From Desulfosudaceae bacterium (GTDB taxonomy: Bacteria > Desulfobacterota > Desulfobacteria > Desulfobacterales > Desulfosudaceae), in assembly GCA_963674745.2 (NCBI GenBank), contig CAXXDV010000001.1, forward strand, positions 2,176,001 through 2,240,000: a stretch of 64,000 nucleotides of DNA, read 5' to 3'. A program made the translations under genes and the position numbers. Under the pieces are notes generated by a model, which saw only the letters and a list, made by a program, of their open reading frames with translations, was not told the origin of the DNA and searched no databases. Below, in pieces: positions 27,233 through 36,796 of this stretch; the stretch's first letter is position 1; each line of letters opens with the position of its first letter.

Positions 27233-28225
27233 TCAAAAAGTCATTTCTTCCCCAACCTTGAGGTCATGATATTTTTCGCCCAGTTCCTTTTTAAACTGTT
27301 GCAGACTCCAGTCCGAGCTGTCATGGGGTGACAAGGCGACAAATTCCGGGTTAACCGCCTTGATGGCCTCAACGGCGGATTTCACGTCCGCTTCGTTGAT
27401 ACCGTTCCAGGGCGGCCGGTCATTACCCACCAGGCTTTGCAGGTTGATGGGGCCGACCATGATTCTGCCGCCGTTAACAGGATAGTGCAACCCACCGATA
27501 ATGCCGTATATGGGGGCGTCAAACAGGGCCTTGGCCCTTTCCAGGATACGCTCAACGGTCTGGTGCCCGCAGCCGATAATGATGACGATGCCTTTGCCTT
27601 CGACATTGACGGCCAGGCTGTGCTCGCGGGTGTATCCCATCAGGTAGAGGTTCCTGGGAATGACACCGATGCTGGCCACCCCCGGTGCCAGTTTTCTTGG
27701 GGCCTTGACAACTTCCGGGACCGGTCCCGGGTTAAAGGGCGAGGCGGTAATCTTTCCCGGCGCATAGACGGGTACTTTTGGAACGGTTACGTTGCCCTGA
27801 GACAGGCTGAACATTTTGTTACGTTGCTCGTTCATCCCGCCGACATGATCCAGATGAAGGTGGCTGATAAAAAAAGCGTCGATATCCTCCGGCGAAACCC
27901 CCAGGACATTCATATTATTGAGCAAAGGAGAAGGATGCGTTTTGTTTTTATTAAATCCCACATCCATCAATATGGTTGTGTCGTCCGCTTTGACCAGGTA
28001 GGAAACCCCGGCTTCAGTTTTCAAGCGATCGTCATCGGTGTAAAAGTCAACCAGGGGTAATATGGTCAGGTTTTTGACGGTTCCGATACCCGTCATTTTT
28101 TCATTACGAACGGCTGCCAGTTCGGCGGCTACCCTTTTGTTGCCGGCATGGAGTTTGACCAGTGTCAGCAGAAAGGCAAGTCCTGCCAGGGCAATAATCG
28201 CCAGCAGTAAATATAAAACTATCAT
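27233..28225 (-). CDS. MBL-fold metallo-hydrolase with N-terminal TM anchor
   Basis: SHLHLDHVGG, GCGH, GGLH. Confidence 0.85.
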   Translation of the reverse strand: MIVLYLLLAIIALAGLAFLLTLVKLHAGNKRVAAELAAVRNEKMTGIGTVKNLTILPLVDFYTDDDRLKTEAGVSYLVKADDTTILMDVGFNKNKTHPSPLLNNMNVLGVSPEDIDAFFISHLHLDHVGGMNEQRNKMFSLSQGNVTVPKVPVYAPGKITASPFNPGPVPEVVKAPRKLAPGVASIGVIPRNLYLMGYTREHSLAVNVEGKGIVIIIGCGHQTVERILERAKALFDAPIYGIIGGLHYPVNGGRIMVGPINLQSLVGNDRPPWNGINEADVKSAVEAIKAVNPEFVALSPHDSSDWSLQQFKKELGEKYHDLKVGEEMTF

Positions 28226-28237
28226 TGGACGTCTCCT

Positions 28238-28618
28238 TTACGCCAGGACTTCAGGTTTATAGCCATCAGGAAGATGGGCGCTGCCTTTGACGCAGGTCAG
28301 GCCGGTTTCCTGGTGCACTTTCTTCATGATTTCATCAATATGATCGCAGAATCCGCCGTCAGCCATGTCCCAGCCGTTGTCCGTTTTTTTGGCAAAGGTG
28401 CAGGTGCAGAAATGAATGGCGTCGGTACCTTTTGATTTCAGAATTTTGGCCAGGTTAACCGTATCGTCTCCCGGGCATCGGCAGGTAAAGACACCTGACA
28501 GGCGCGTTTGCTCATAACGCGCAAAGCCTTCTTTGGTATCGGTAAGGCAGTTTATGCAGGACGTCAGCGGGCAACGGTTTTCGTTTTTTTCACACCTGAT
28601 GATGGCAACCTTGGTCAT
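28238..28618 (-). CDS. CGGC-domain-like Cys-rich protein
   Basis: IIRC..C...C; FTCRCPG; IHFCTC; C-terminal GSAH; GAGGAG RBS. Confidence 0.75.
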   Translation of the reverse strand: MTKVAIIRCEKNENRCPLTSCINCLTDTKEGFARYEQTRLSGVFTCRCPGDDTVNLAKILKSKGTDAIHFCTCTFAKKTDNGWDMADGGFCDHIDEIMKKVHQETGLTCVKGSAHLPDGYKPEVLA

Positions 28619-28692
28619 TGCGGCTCCTCGTTTAAAAAGGTTATTAATATACGGCCTTGTTTTTAACTGCCGGGAAAGCCGCTTTTGGTTAA

Positions 28693-28814
28693 TTATGAGC
28701 ATATACTCAAAATAAAAAATAGTACCCCCCGCCTGTTCTGTCAAGGTGTATTTATAAAATAATGTCATCTTCGGGGAAGCGCTGCACCGAATTATTATGG
28801 TCATATGATCATTA
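28693..28814. promoter_or_regulatory. Two copies of an imperfect 20-bp palindrome in the divergent promoter region
   Basis: TTATGAGCATATACTCAAAA (28693-28712) and TTATGGTCATATGATCATTA (28795-28814); TTGACA at 28821. Confidence 0.6.
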
Positions 28815-28881
28815 TTCCTCTTGACACTTTGGTATAAAAGGATTACTGTTTTAGTCAAAAGACCAGAAAGGTAGCTTGACA

Positions 28882-29214
28882 ATGCCCAGAAACAAAATAC
28901 CCCGATTCGTAGCCGGTTATCCTTTAATCAGCGCTTTTGTGCCGGAAGACCGGGTGCCGGCAGGCGAAAACACCCTTTCGGTAGAAGGGATGGAGGCGAT
29001 CCGGTTGTCGGATTTTGAAAAACTCGATCAGGCCACGGCCGCCGATATCATGGGTGTTTCCAGGCAGACCTACGGACGGATACTCTCAGAAGCGAGGTCG
29101 GTTGTTTCAGAAGCATTGTTGACCGGTAAACGGCTCCGTATCGACGGCGGTGTATATGAGATGCGCGGTGGTCAGGGGCAGTGTCGCCGGAGAAGAAGGC
29201 GTGGAAGGAGGTGA
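28882..29214 (+). CDS. DUF134 family putative DNA-binding protein
   Basis: MPR..; EAIRLSD...DQ..AA..MGVSRQTYGRIL..AR..V..AL..GK.LRIDGG. Confidence 0.9.
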   Translation: MPRNKIPRFVAGYPLISAFVPEDRVPAGENTLSVEGMEAIRLSDFEKLDQATAADIMGVSRQTYGRILSEARSVVSEALLTGKRLRIDGGVYEMRGGQGQCRRRRRRGRR

Positions 29215-29219
29215 TGAGC

Positions 29220-29459
29220 ATGCCCAGAGGAGATGGAAGCGGTCCGGAAGGCCAGGGACCGAGAACAGGCAGAGGCGCAGGCAATTGCGGTCAGAAGGAC
29301 AGGCAGCAAAAGCCGGCCGGTCGCGGCAGCGGACAAGGCCAGGGACAAGGCCAGGGACAAGGCCAGGGACAAGGCCAGGGACAAGGCCAGGGACAAGGCC
29401 AGGGACAAGGACAAGGTAAAGGACAGGGTAAAGGACAGGGACGCGGTCGCCAGCGATAA
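29220..29459 (+). CDS. Small Gly-rich protein (DUF5320-like N-terminus) with GQ repeat
   Basis: MPRGDGSGPEGQGPRTGRGAGNC; GGAGG RBS. Confidence 0.7.
   Translation: MPRGDGSGPEGQGPRTGRGAGNCGQKDRQQKPAGRGSGQGQGQGQGQGQGQGQGQGQGQGQGQGQGKGQGKGQGRGRQR
29331..29438 (+). repeat. 12-bp tandem repeat GGACAAGGCCAG, 6 perfect plus 3 degenerate copies
   Basis: Directly visible; encodes (GQ)n. Confidence 0.95.
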
Positions 29460-29523
29460 GCGAGTTAACTTCGCTGAGACGGTAATAAACGATATCAATA
29501 TAATAAAATATGAGGTGATAATT

Positions 29524-29838
29524 ATGCCAGGTTTTGATGGATCCGGGCCTCAGGGAATGGGGCCGATGACAGGTGGGGCGCGGGGGTATTGTAACCCTGC
29601 GGCCCCGGGATATCCGGCCGGTAATGGAATGGGCCGGGGAATGGCTTATGGCCGGGGTTTCAGAGGTGGTTTCGGCCGGGGGCGTGGTTTCCGCCGCGGC
29701 TTTGGTGGCGGCGGGTATCCGCCTGCTTATACCGGGTCGGAAGATTCGGAACTGAGCGCCTTAAAAGCACAGGCAACAGCCGTAAAAAATACGTTGGATG
29801 AAATCAACCGTCGTATTTCCGAACTGGAGAATGTGTAA
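29524..29838 (+). CDS. DUF5320 family protein
   Basis: MPGFDGSGPQGMGPMTGGARGYC; RG-rich middle; C-terminal coiled coil. Confidence 0.85.
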   Translation: MPGFDGSGPQGMGPMTGGARGYCNPAAPGYPAGNGMGRGMAYGRGFRGGFGRGRGFRRGFGGGGYPPAYTGSEDSELSALKAQATAVKNTLDEINRRISELENV

Positions 29839-29860
29839 GGGTGTCCTTCAGAATAAACAA

Positions 29861-29896
29861 AAAACCCCCTGCTGTATATGTTCAGCAGGGGGTTTT
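29861..29896. terminator. Bidirectional intrinsic terminator
   Basis: AAAACCCCCTGCTG-N8-CAGCAGGGGGTTTT. Confidence 0.8.
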
Positions 29897-29911
29897 GTAT
29901 GGCTTTAAGTC

Positions 29912-30490
29912 TTACTGCCCGGTTTCGGCCAGATCGTAAAGAAATTGGTTCACCAGTTTTTCGTGATCATTGCGGCCAATCTCGCTGACCAGCTTTTCTG
30001 AAGCGGAATTAATTGCCAGCTCAATCAGTTCTGTCCGAAACGCCTTTCTGGCTTCAATAAACTGGTTGTTTATATTCTTTTTTGCGGCTTCGAGCATATA
30101 CTCACTCTGCTCCCGGGCGTTTTCAATAATTTTTTCCTTTATCTTTTCGCCCTCTTCGGCCAGTCTTGTTTTAATGGCTTGAATATGCGCATCCCCGGCG
30201 ACAACCAACTCTTCGACCCGGCGTAGTTCTGTTTCCGTTGCTTCTTTTTTCTGTGTCAACTGGTTAATTTCTTCAGAAATTGTTTCCCGTTGGCTCGTAA
30301 AAAAGTTTTTTACCGGATTTTTCAGCAACTTGACAAGGATGAGCACCAAAATGACAAAGTTGACGCACATCATAATTAAATCATAGGTTGGTCGCCAGCT
30401 CTGGCCCGCCCCTTCATTGCCGGCAAAGGCCGACTGGACGGTGAAACAAACCAGGCCCAGGGCCGTTATCGTTATTATTTTCTTTGTCAT
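29912..30490 (-). CDS. atpF: F0F1 ATP synthase subunit b-like protein, stand-alone
   Basis: VNFVILVLILVKLLKNPVKNFF..R...I; long charged helix; DHEKLVNQFL; N-terminal hydrophobic leader. Confidence 0.7.
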   Translation of the reverse strand: MTKKIITITALGLVCFTVQSAFAGNEGAGQSWRPTYDLIMMCVNFVILVLILVKLLKNPVKNFFTSQRETISEEINQLTQKKEATETELRRVEELVVAGDAHIQAIKTRLAEEGEKIKEKIIENAREQSEYMLEAAKKNINNQFIEARKAFRTELIELAINSASEKLVSEIGRNDHEKLVNQFLYDLAETGQ

Positions 30491-30908
30491 ATTAACAACC
30501 CGAAGTGATATCATTTTTCTCCCTCTCGATTCACCCGGCAGAGTCCCCAAGCCGATTTTTTGTTGTTTAATCTTTATGCTCGTGCTCAGGGGATCGGGAT
30601 CTCCTTTTTTGAAAGTAACCTACTCGTTTTAAGTTGCGCTTGTCAATAATTTTGTCAAGCATAAAAAAACGGCGAGACGGTTGGGCATGTGCTATAATTA
30701 CCCGGATTGTCGGTTTAAAACAATTTTTTCCTGAAGTCAGAAATAAGGACCCGGCAAGTGCGGGACGTTTTGTTTCTTGACAGTAGATTTGTTCAGTTGT
30801 AGAAAAATTGAAGTTTGGTGCCGGAATGATGTATTGTAACCCAGTCTCAAGCGGGATATCTCAATAACGGCTTTTGACGCGTGTGTTAACTTTAAACAAG
30901 GTATAAAA

Positions 30909-31592
30909 ATGGAAGCTGAGAAGATTATTGCCGAGGCGGTAGGCCGGGAGCAGCGGGCGTTGTCTGAATATGAGTCAAAACAGGTACTCCAGGCTTATGG
31001 GATACCGGTTACCAGGGAAAAGCTGGCCGGCAGCCTTCAGGAAGCGATTGTCGCTGCCGGTGAAATCGGATATCCCGTTGTACTCAAGGCCTGTTCACCG
31101 GACTTGATGCACAAGAGTGAGGGCGGGCTTGTCCTGGTGGGGCTGGCTGATGAAAATCAGTTGAAAGAAGCATATGAGACACTGGCCGGACGGTTGAAGG
31201 ACGCCACGGCTGAGATCCTGGTTCAGGAGATGATCAGCGGCAACCGGGAAATGGTTGTCGGCATGAACCGGGATCCGCAGTTCGGTCCCTGCGTCATGTT
31301 GGGGCTGGGTGGTGTAATGACCGAAATTTTGAAGGATACGGTTTTCCGGATGGCGCCCATTGATGCCATTGAAGCGGCCGATATGACCGACCAGCTCCGC
31401 TCCAAAAAAATGCTGGAAGCGTTTCGCGGCCAGGCGCCTGTTGACAGGGAGGCCCTGTATAACTGTTTGATAGCCGCCGGTCAGATCGGGCTGGATCATG
31501 AGACGGTTCAGGAAATCGATATTAATCCCCTGCTGATTTCTCCCGAGGGAAAGATCACCGCTGTCGACGCGTTAATTGTCTTAAGGAGCTAA
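30909..31592 (+). CDS. Acyl/acetate-CoA ligase (ADP-forming), beta (ATP-grasp) subunit
   Basis: LSEYESK..L..YGIP, IGYPVVLK, HKSE.G.V, DPQFGP, EIDINPL. Confidence 0.9.
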   Translation: MEAEKIIAEAVGREQRALSEYESKQVLQAYGIPVTREKLAGSLQEAIVAAGEIGYPVVLKACSPDLMHKSEGGLVLVGLADENQLKEAYETLAGRLKDATAEILVQEMISGNREMVVGMNRDPQFGPCVMLGLGGVMTEILKDTVFRMAPIDAIEAADMTDQLRSKKMLEAFRGQAPVDREALYNCLIAAGQIGLDHETVQEIDINPLLISPEGKITAVDALIVLRS

Positions 31593-31597
31593 GCCGG

Positions 31598-33067
31598 ATG
31601 TCGTTTTCAGTTGAAGATCATCGTCTGTACCCCCTGACCTCACCCAAAAGTCTGGCTTTTTTCGGCGCCTCAAACAACTATTCGTCGATGGGGACCATTA
31701 TTCTCCGGGCTTTGCTGGATTTCGGTTATGAAGGAGCGGTCTTTCCGGTTCATCTGTCGGAAACAACCGTCCAGGAACACGAGGCGTATAAACGAGTTGA
31801 AGACCTGCCGGCGGTGCCGGATCTGGCGGTCATTGTGCTGCCCACACGAATTGTCGGCGAAACGCTGGAAGCCTGCGGGAAAAAGGGAATCCATAACGCC
31901 ATTATCGTTTCCGGCGGTTTTAAGGAAACGGGCTCCGAAGGCGCTGAGCGCGAGAAAGAACTGATTGAAATCGCCGACAGGTACGGTATAAAAATTATCG
32001 GGCCCAACTGTCTGGGCGTTACCAACACACACCATCGGTTGAATACAACGCCTCATCGTTATTATGGTGAGCCGGGTTTTATCGGCCTGGTTTCACAGTC
32101 CGGCAGTTTTGTGACCCAGATGTTCTCCTACCTGCAAAATCTGGGACTGGGATTCAGTACGGCCTTCAGCATCGGCAACGAGGCCAACACGGACCTGGTT
32201 GATTGCCTGGAGTATCTCGGCGCCTGTCCCCACACGAAAGTGATTGCCCTTTATGTGGAAGCGATTCACCGGGGCCGTGATTTTGTCGAGACGGCCCGCC
32301 GGATCACGCCGCATAAGCCCATCGTAGCCCTGTATATCGGCGGTTCTGAAACCGGCCGCAAGGCGGCGCTTTCTCATACCGGCTCCTTGTCCGGGCCGGA
32401 CGAACTGTATGAAGGTATTTTCCGCCAAAGCGGTGTGGTGCGCGCGGCCTCTCTGGCGGAATTGTTTGATTTCTGCATGGCCCTGGGCCAATTGCCGGCG
32501 CCGGCCGGCGGCAAGGTGTTTGTGCAGACCCATTCCGGCGGTCCCGGCGCGGTGGCGGCGGATGCCTGTGGCCGGGCGGGGTTGTGCCTGCCTGAACCGG
32601 GAGATGCGACCCGGCAGAAAATTGCAGAATTCGTACCGGCTACCGGCAGTATCAGGAATCCCATTGATGTCACTTTTACAAAAGATATTGTGCAGTTTTT
32701 TTCGGCACTGCCCCAGGCCTTGCTCGAGGATCCGGAATGTCAGCTGCTGCTGCTCTATTACTACCTGCCTGCGGATATGATAAAAGGGGCTTTGCTCCGG
32801 ATGGGGGTTCCCCGGCAGGAACTGGATTCGAAAGTCGCTGAAATAGCGCAAATGATGTCACAGAACATCAGGCGGATAATTGATGAGCAGAACAAACCGG
32901 TGGTCTGTTTTTCCTATCAGGGGAGAAATGAAACCGCCATGCAGATGCTGGCGCAGGCCGGTATCCCCTTTTATCAGGGGCCGGAAGAGGCCGTTCGATC
33001 CATCGGTGCCATGAATCACTACCGCCGATATAAGCAAAAGCTGGCGATGCAAGACGGAACGGTTTAA
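31598..33067 (+). CDS. Acyl/acetate-CoA ligase (ADP-forming), alpha (CoA-binding) subunit
   Basis: GPNCLG, SQSGS, SIGNEA, SHTGSL (phospho-His), NPIDV. Confidence 0.9.
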   Translation: MSFSVEDHRLYPLTSPKSLAFFGASNNYSSMGTIILRALLDFGYEGAVFPVHLSETTVQEHEAYKRVEDLPAVPDLAVIVLPTRIVGETLEACGKKGIHNAIIVSGGFKETGSEGAEREKELIEIADRYGIKIIGPNCLGVTNTHHRLNTTPHRYYGEPGFIGLVSQSGSFVTQMFSYLQNLGLGFSTAFSIGNEANTDLVDCLEYLGACPHTKVIALYVEAIHRGRDFVETARRITPHKPIVALYIGGSETGRKAALSHTGSLSGPDELYEGIFRQSGVVRAASLAELFDFCMALGQLPAPAGGKVFVQTHSGGPGAVAADACGRAGLCLPEPGDATRQKIAEFVPATGSIRNPIDVTFTKDIVQFFSALPQALLEDPECQLLLLYYYLPADMIKGALLRMGVPRQELDSKVAEIAQMMSQNIRRIIDEQNKPVVCFSYQGRNETAMQMLAQAGIPFYQGPEEAVRSIGAMNHYRRYKQKLAMQDGTV

Positions 33068-33249
33068 GGGCCCGGACGCCAGGGACAGATATGTCGTTTT
33101 TCATCTTGCCGGTGTTATGGGGTCGGCTCTGAGGGTGTTTTTTATTGCTTTTCTACAGGATTTTTTTTATAATTTTCATGATTTAGTTTGGAGAAAGGGG
33201 CTTTTCAAACAATCATCAACCGCATCACCTAAACTTTCGACCACATTTT

Positions 33250-33573
33250 ATGAACTTAAAAAAACTTTCCGAGATACACGGGCTAACAGTCGAAGAGTTT
33301 GCGGGGATTCTGGAAGTGTTTGTCGATACGGCAAAAGAGGACATTGAAAAAATTCAGACGGCCGTTGAAGAACAGGACCTGCTCTCCGCCGAAAGAGCGG
33401 CGCACTCTTTGAAGGGCGCTTCCGGCAACCTGGGGTTTGAAAAAATGTTTGAAATGGCGCGGGCCGTGGAAGTCAATGCGGAAAAAGGCGAGTTTGAGCA
33501 GATCAAAAGCGCGCTTCCACGTTTAACCCGGGAACTGGAAGAAATTATAACCCAGTTAAGTGCCGCCGTTTGA
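33250..33573 (+). CDS. Hpt domain protein
   Basis: AAHSLKGASGNLG. Confidence 0.9.
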   Translation: MNLKKLSEIHGLTVEEFAGILEVFVDTAKEDIEKIQTAVEEQDLLSAERAAHSLKGASGNLGFEKMFEMARAVEVNAEKGEFEQIKSALPRLTRELEEIITQLSAAV

Positions 33574-33696
33574 GCCCGTGCTTTTCCAGCCGGCGATCCG
33601 GTTTTGCGTTTGATCCAGGCGGTTTTTTCTGGTATTAAAGATTGGGGTGAACAGATCTTTTCTTGTCAACATCAATGAGCTCTATACGGGTATGTT

Positions 33697-34815
33697 ATGG
33701 AAGATTCCCAGAAAAAATTTTCTATCCTGGTTGTAGATGATAATCTCCTTAACTTAAAACTGCTGGCAACGACACTGGACAACCACGGGTATAAAACCTT
33801 CACCGCTCTGGATGGTCCTACCGCGCGCCATTTTGCCGAAAACGAATCCCCGGATTTAATCCTGCTGGATGTCAAAATGCCGGGGGAGGACGGTTTTGAA
33901 GTCATCACACGTTTAAAGCAGAACCCCGTGACCGCTTCCATTCCCGTCATTTTTCTGTCCGGGGTCAGTGAGCTGGAGTCAAAACTGACCGGTTTTGATC
34001 TGGGGGCTGTTGACTATATTACCAAGCCGTTTCATCCACTGGAAGTACTGGCGCGGGTTCAACTTCATCTCAAACTGTCCGTGGCCACCAATTCTCTGAT
34101 CAGCAACCAGGCGGATAAACTCAAACAGATCACCGAAGCCCAGTCTTCGATGCTGACCACCCCTGAAACCCAGCCCAAGGCCGGATTCGGTGTTTATTAT
34201 TGCGCCCTGGAAGAAGCCGGCGGTGATTTCTACGATGTACTGCCGGTCTCAGAAGATATTTACGGGTATTTTGTGGCTGATTTTTCCGGGCATGATATTA
34301 AGACCAGCTATATGACATCGTCCGTAAAAGCACTTCTGAAACAAAACTGCACTCCTGTTTACCGGCCGCTGGAAAGTATAAAAATAATAAATGATGTTTT
34401 ATTGAAAATACTGCCGGAAGATAAGTTCCTGACCGCCTGTTACGCCTGCCTGAACCGGAAAACCAGGAACATGACCATCATCAGTGCCGGTCATCCGCCG
34501 GTTGTCTTCGCGGCTGCCAAAGGCAAGCCCAAGTTTGTCAGCTTAAAAGGCGATGTGCTGGGCAGTTTTTCAGATGTCGCTTTCGGGCAGAAGCAGCTTA
34601 AAGTCTCCACCGGCGATCGGTTTTATATCTATTCCGACGGATTGATCGAATCATCAAAAAAGAAGCGGTTGCCGGATGACAGCGAGTTGCTGGAAGCCTG
34701 CCAAAAAGTGGCGGATGTGCCCGTCAGAAACGCGCCCGAGGAAATCGCAAAGATCATGGGAAAAGACACATCACGTTGTGAGGACGATGTGATCGTTCTG
34801 TCCATAGAGGTTTAA
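33697..34815 (+). CDS. Response regulator fused to PP2C/SpoIIE phosphatase (RsbU-like)
   Basis: VVDD, LLDVKMP, DYITKPF; GGDFYD, ADFSGH, SAGHPP, YSDGL, DDV. Confidence 0.92.
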   Translation: MEDSQKKFSILVVDDNLLNLKLLATTLDNHGYKTFTALDGPTARHFAENESPDLILLDVKMPGEDGFEVITRLKQNPVTASIPVIFLSGVSELESKLTGFDLGAVDYITKPFHPLEVLARVQLHLKLSVATNSLISNQADKLKQITEAQSSMLTTPETQPKAGFGVYYCALEEAGGDFYDVLPVSEDIYGYFVADFSGHDIKTSYMTSSVKALLKQNCTPVYRPLESIKIINDVLLKILPEDKFLTACYACLNRKTRNMTIISAGHPPVVFAAAKGKPKFVSLKGDVLGSFSDVAFGQKQLKVSTGDRFYIYSDGLIESSKKKRLPDDSELLEACQKVADVPVRNAPEEIAKIMGKDTSRCEDDVIVLSIEV

Positions 34816-34825
34816 GAGTGGATAT

Positions 34826-36178
34826 ATGGCTGAAAAAGAAAATATATTCATTTCTCAGGATAAGAACCGCCTGGTTGTGCACTTCCCATCCCACCTGAAT
34901 CATATTAATCGGATTGAAGAGGAAACCCGCAATTTTCTTAATAAAAACGGGCTGTCCGGCGATCTTTTCCCCGTCTGCCTGGCCATGCGTGAAGGCCTTT
35001 TAAATGCCGTCAAGCACGGTAATCTGTCCGATCCTAAAAAAACCGTGAAATATAGCCTGACCTTTTCCGACGATATTCTCACCATGGAAATCGAAGATCA
35101 GGGTGACGGTTTTGACTGGAAGTCTGTCCAGAATATCCGTCCTTCAGAAGAATGTGAACACGGCCGGGGCATATTCATTATGCGGCGGTATTTTTCTGAG
35201 TTTCAATACAATAGTAAGGGCAATCGGCTGACCCTCAAAAAATACAGCCGTTCTGACAACCGTAAGGGGGAAAAACCCACCAGCCGGTTGGAAGAACTGG
35301 CCCAGGCCATCCTGCAATCACCGGAGCGGATCGAAACGACTTCGAAAGAAGAGATGTTCCGGTTGATTGAATGCCTTTACGTCCGCAATAACCGTCTGGC
35401 GCTTCAGAATGCCGAACTTCGTCGTTCCCAGACCTGGCTCAGCGGTCATGCCCGGTCCGAGGTAACGACCGGCAGACCGGCGGAGCGGCACAGCAGCCTG
35501 TTTCAACATAACCCGGCCGGTACAATTACCGTGGATGAGGAAGGACGGATTACCGAGTACAGCCTGGCGAAAAGGGCCGTCAGCGGACGGCTGCCGGAAA
35601 TCGGGTCAGTCATGTACAAAGATTACGCCGCCAAACATAAGATCGATATGCATACGGAACTGTTGGGCTGCATTAATTCTGCCGATCCCAAAGAATTTCC
35701 GGATATGGAATACGAAGACAAAACATATTATATCCGAATATCGCCGTTTCCCGGTGGGGCCATTATTACCTCTCTGGACATCACCTCTCTGAAAAAGGCC
35801 GAAAGAAAATATATCCGTCTGGTAAGGGCAATAGATCAATCCCGCGACGAAATGGTGGTGTTTGATCATAAAGGATATGCGGAATATGCCAACGCTGCTT
35901 TTTTAAACAACCGGGATGTTTCGCTGGATACGATCATTGATAGGAAATACGATGACATCCGGATGGAAATAATCGGCCGGTCATTTGCGGATAAAATGGG
36001 ACAGGTGTTGAGATACGGTGAGCCCTGGAGCGGCTGCTTGACCAGACCGTTTAATAACGGCCGGGAAGACGTATTTGTATCTATAAAACCGGTCAAAGAC
36101 GACAATGATGTCGTCATGGGGTATGTCGCTGTCAGCAGACCAGGGACAGGCGACCATACATCTAAAGCAGACGAATGA
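34826..36178 (+). CDS. RsbW-like HATPase (anti-sigma/Ser kinase) fused to coiled coil and PAS domains
   Basis: EGLLNAVKHGN, EDQGDGFD, HGRGIFIM; LQNAELRRSQ coil; PAS-like YANAAF...W.G. Confidence 0.75.
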   Translation: MAEKENIFISQDKNRLVVHFPSHLNHINRIEEETRNFLNKNGLSGDLFPVCLAMREGLLNAVKHGNLSDPKKTVKYSLTFSDDILTMEIEDQGDGFDWKSVQNIRPSEECEHGRGIFIMRRYFSEFQYNSKGNRLTLKKYSRSDNRKGEKPTSRLEELAQAILQSPERIETTSKEEMFRLIECLYVRNNRLALQNAELRRSQTWLSGHARSEVTTGRPAERHSSLFQHNPAGTITVDEEGRITEYSLAKRAVSGRLPEIGSVMYKDYAAKHKIDMHTELLGCINSADPKEFPDMEYEDKTYYIRISPFPGGAIITSLDITSLKKAERKYIRLVRAIDQSRDEMVVFDHKGYAEYANAAFLNNRDVSLDTIIDRKYDDIRMEIIGRSFADKMGQVLRYGEPWSGCLTRPFNNGREDVFVSIKPVKDDNDVVMGYVAVSRPGTGDHTSKADE

Positions 36179-36372
36179 TCGGGGCCATCGCCGGAGACAT
36201 CATCGGTTCAGTCTATGAACACCGACCGATCAAAACAAAGGATTTCCCGCTTTTTGACGACCGGTGCGCTTTTACGGATGATTCGGTGCTTACCATTGCT
36301 GTCGCCGAAGCCGTTCTGTCCGGCACCGGTTACGCCGTTTCCTTATCGTTTCGCGCCAGGTATTACAAATAG
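36175..36372 (+). pseudogene. ADP-ribosylglycohydrolase (DraG/ARH family) N-terminal fragment
   Basis: MIGAIAGDIIGSVYE...FTDDSVLT.AVAEA, then a stop after 65 aa; the family is normally several-fold longer. Confidence 0.85.
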
Positions 36373-36419
36373 TCTATTTAGTTAATCGCCCGAATAGTGG
36401 TAGTAAATAAGTGATATGA

Positions 36420-36650
36420 GGATCCAAGGGGTCAAGGGGCCAAGGGGCCGAGAACGGCCTTTATATACAAGTGCTTGACGAGTTTCTCAGTGCTTGGTTG
36501 ACAAGTTGAAACCAGGACGTTTTTCATAGGCAGCCAAATTTTTTTAGAAAAATTAGCACTAACAAAATTTATGTGTTAAAAATTCAGGAAATATTTTGAT
36601 AACAAACACTTGACCCCTTGAATCCTTGAACCCTTGACCTCTTGAACCCT
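36420..36650. repeat. Inverted arrays of degenerate octamers (CAAGGGGT... / ...CCCTTGA) flanking an AT-rich spacer
   Basis: GGATCCAAGGGGTCAAGGGGCCAAGGGGCC (36420-36449) versus TTGACCCCTTGAATCCTTGAACCCTTGACCTCTTGAACCCT (36610-36650). Confidence 0.75.
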
Positions 36651-36796
36651 GTGTGCCCACTAAATTGGAGAAGAGCTGTCTATTTCTTTGCGCCATGACC
36701 CTGTATTTTAAAAAGCATGCGTCCGCTCTTTACAAGATGGGAAAACATGATAAATAAGGTAGCAAATATCATACAATGTTGGAAAGCGAGTGAACT

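Noticed and set aside
29233..29523. N-terminal (ARDK)n extension of the 29233-29838 ORF, and the (LSLA)n antisense ORF
   Set aside because: Alternative frames of the 12-bp repeat; the GQ frame and ATG 29524 have RBSs and family-like starts
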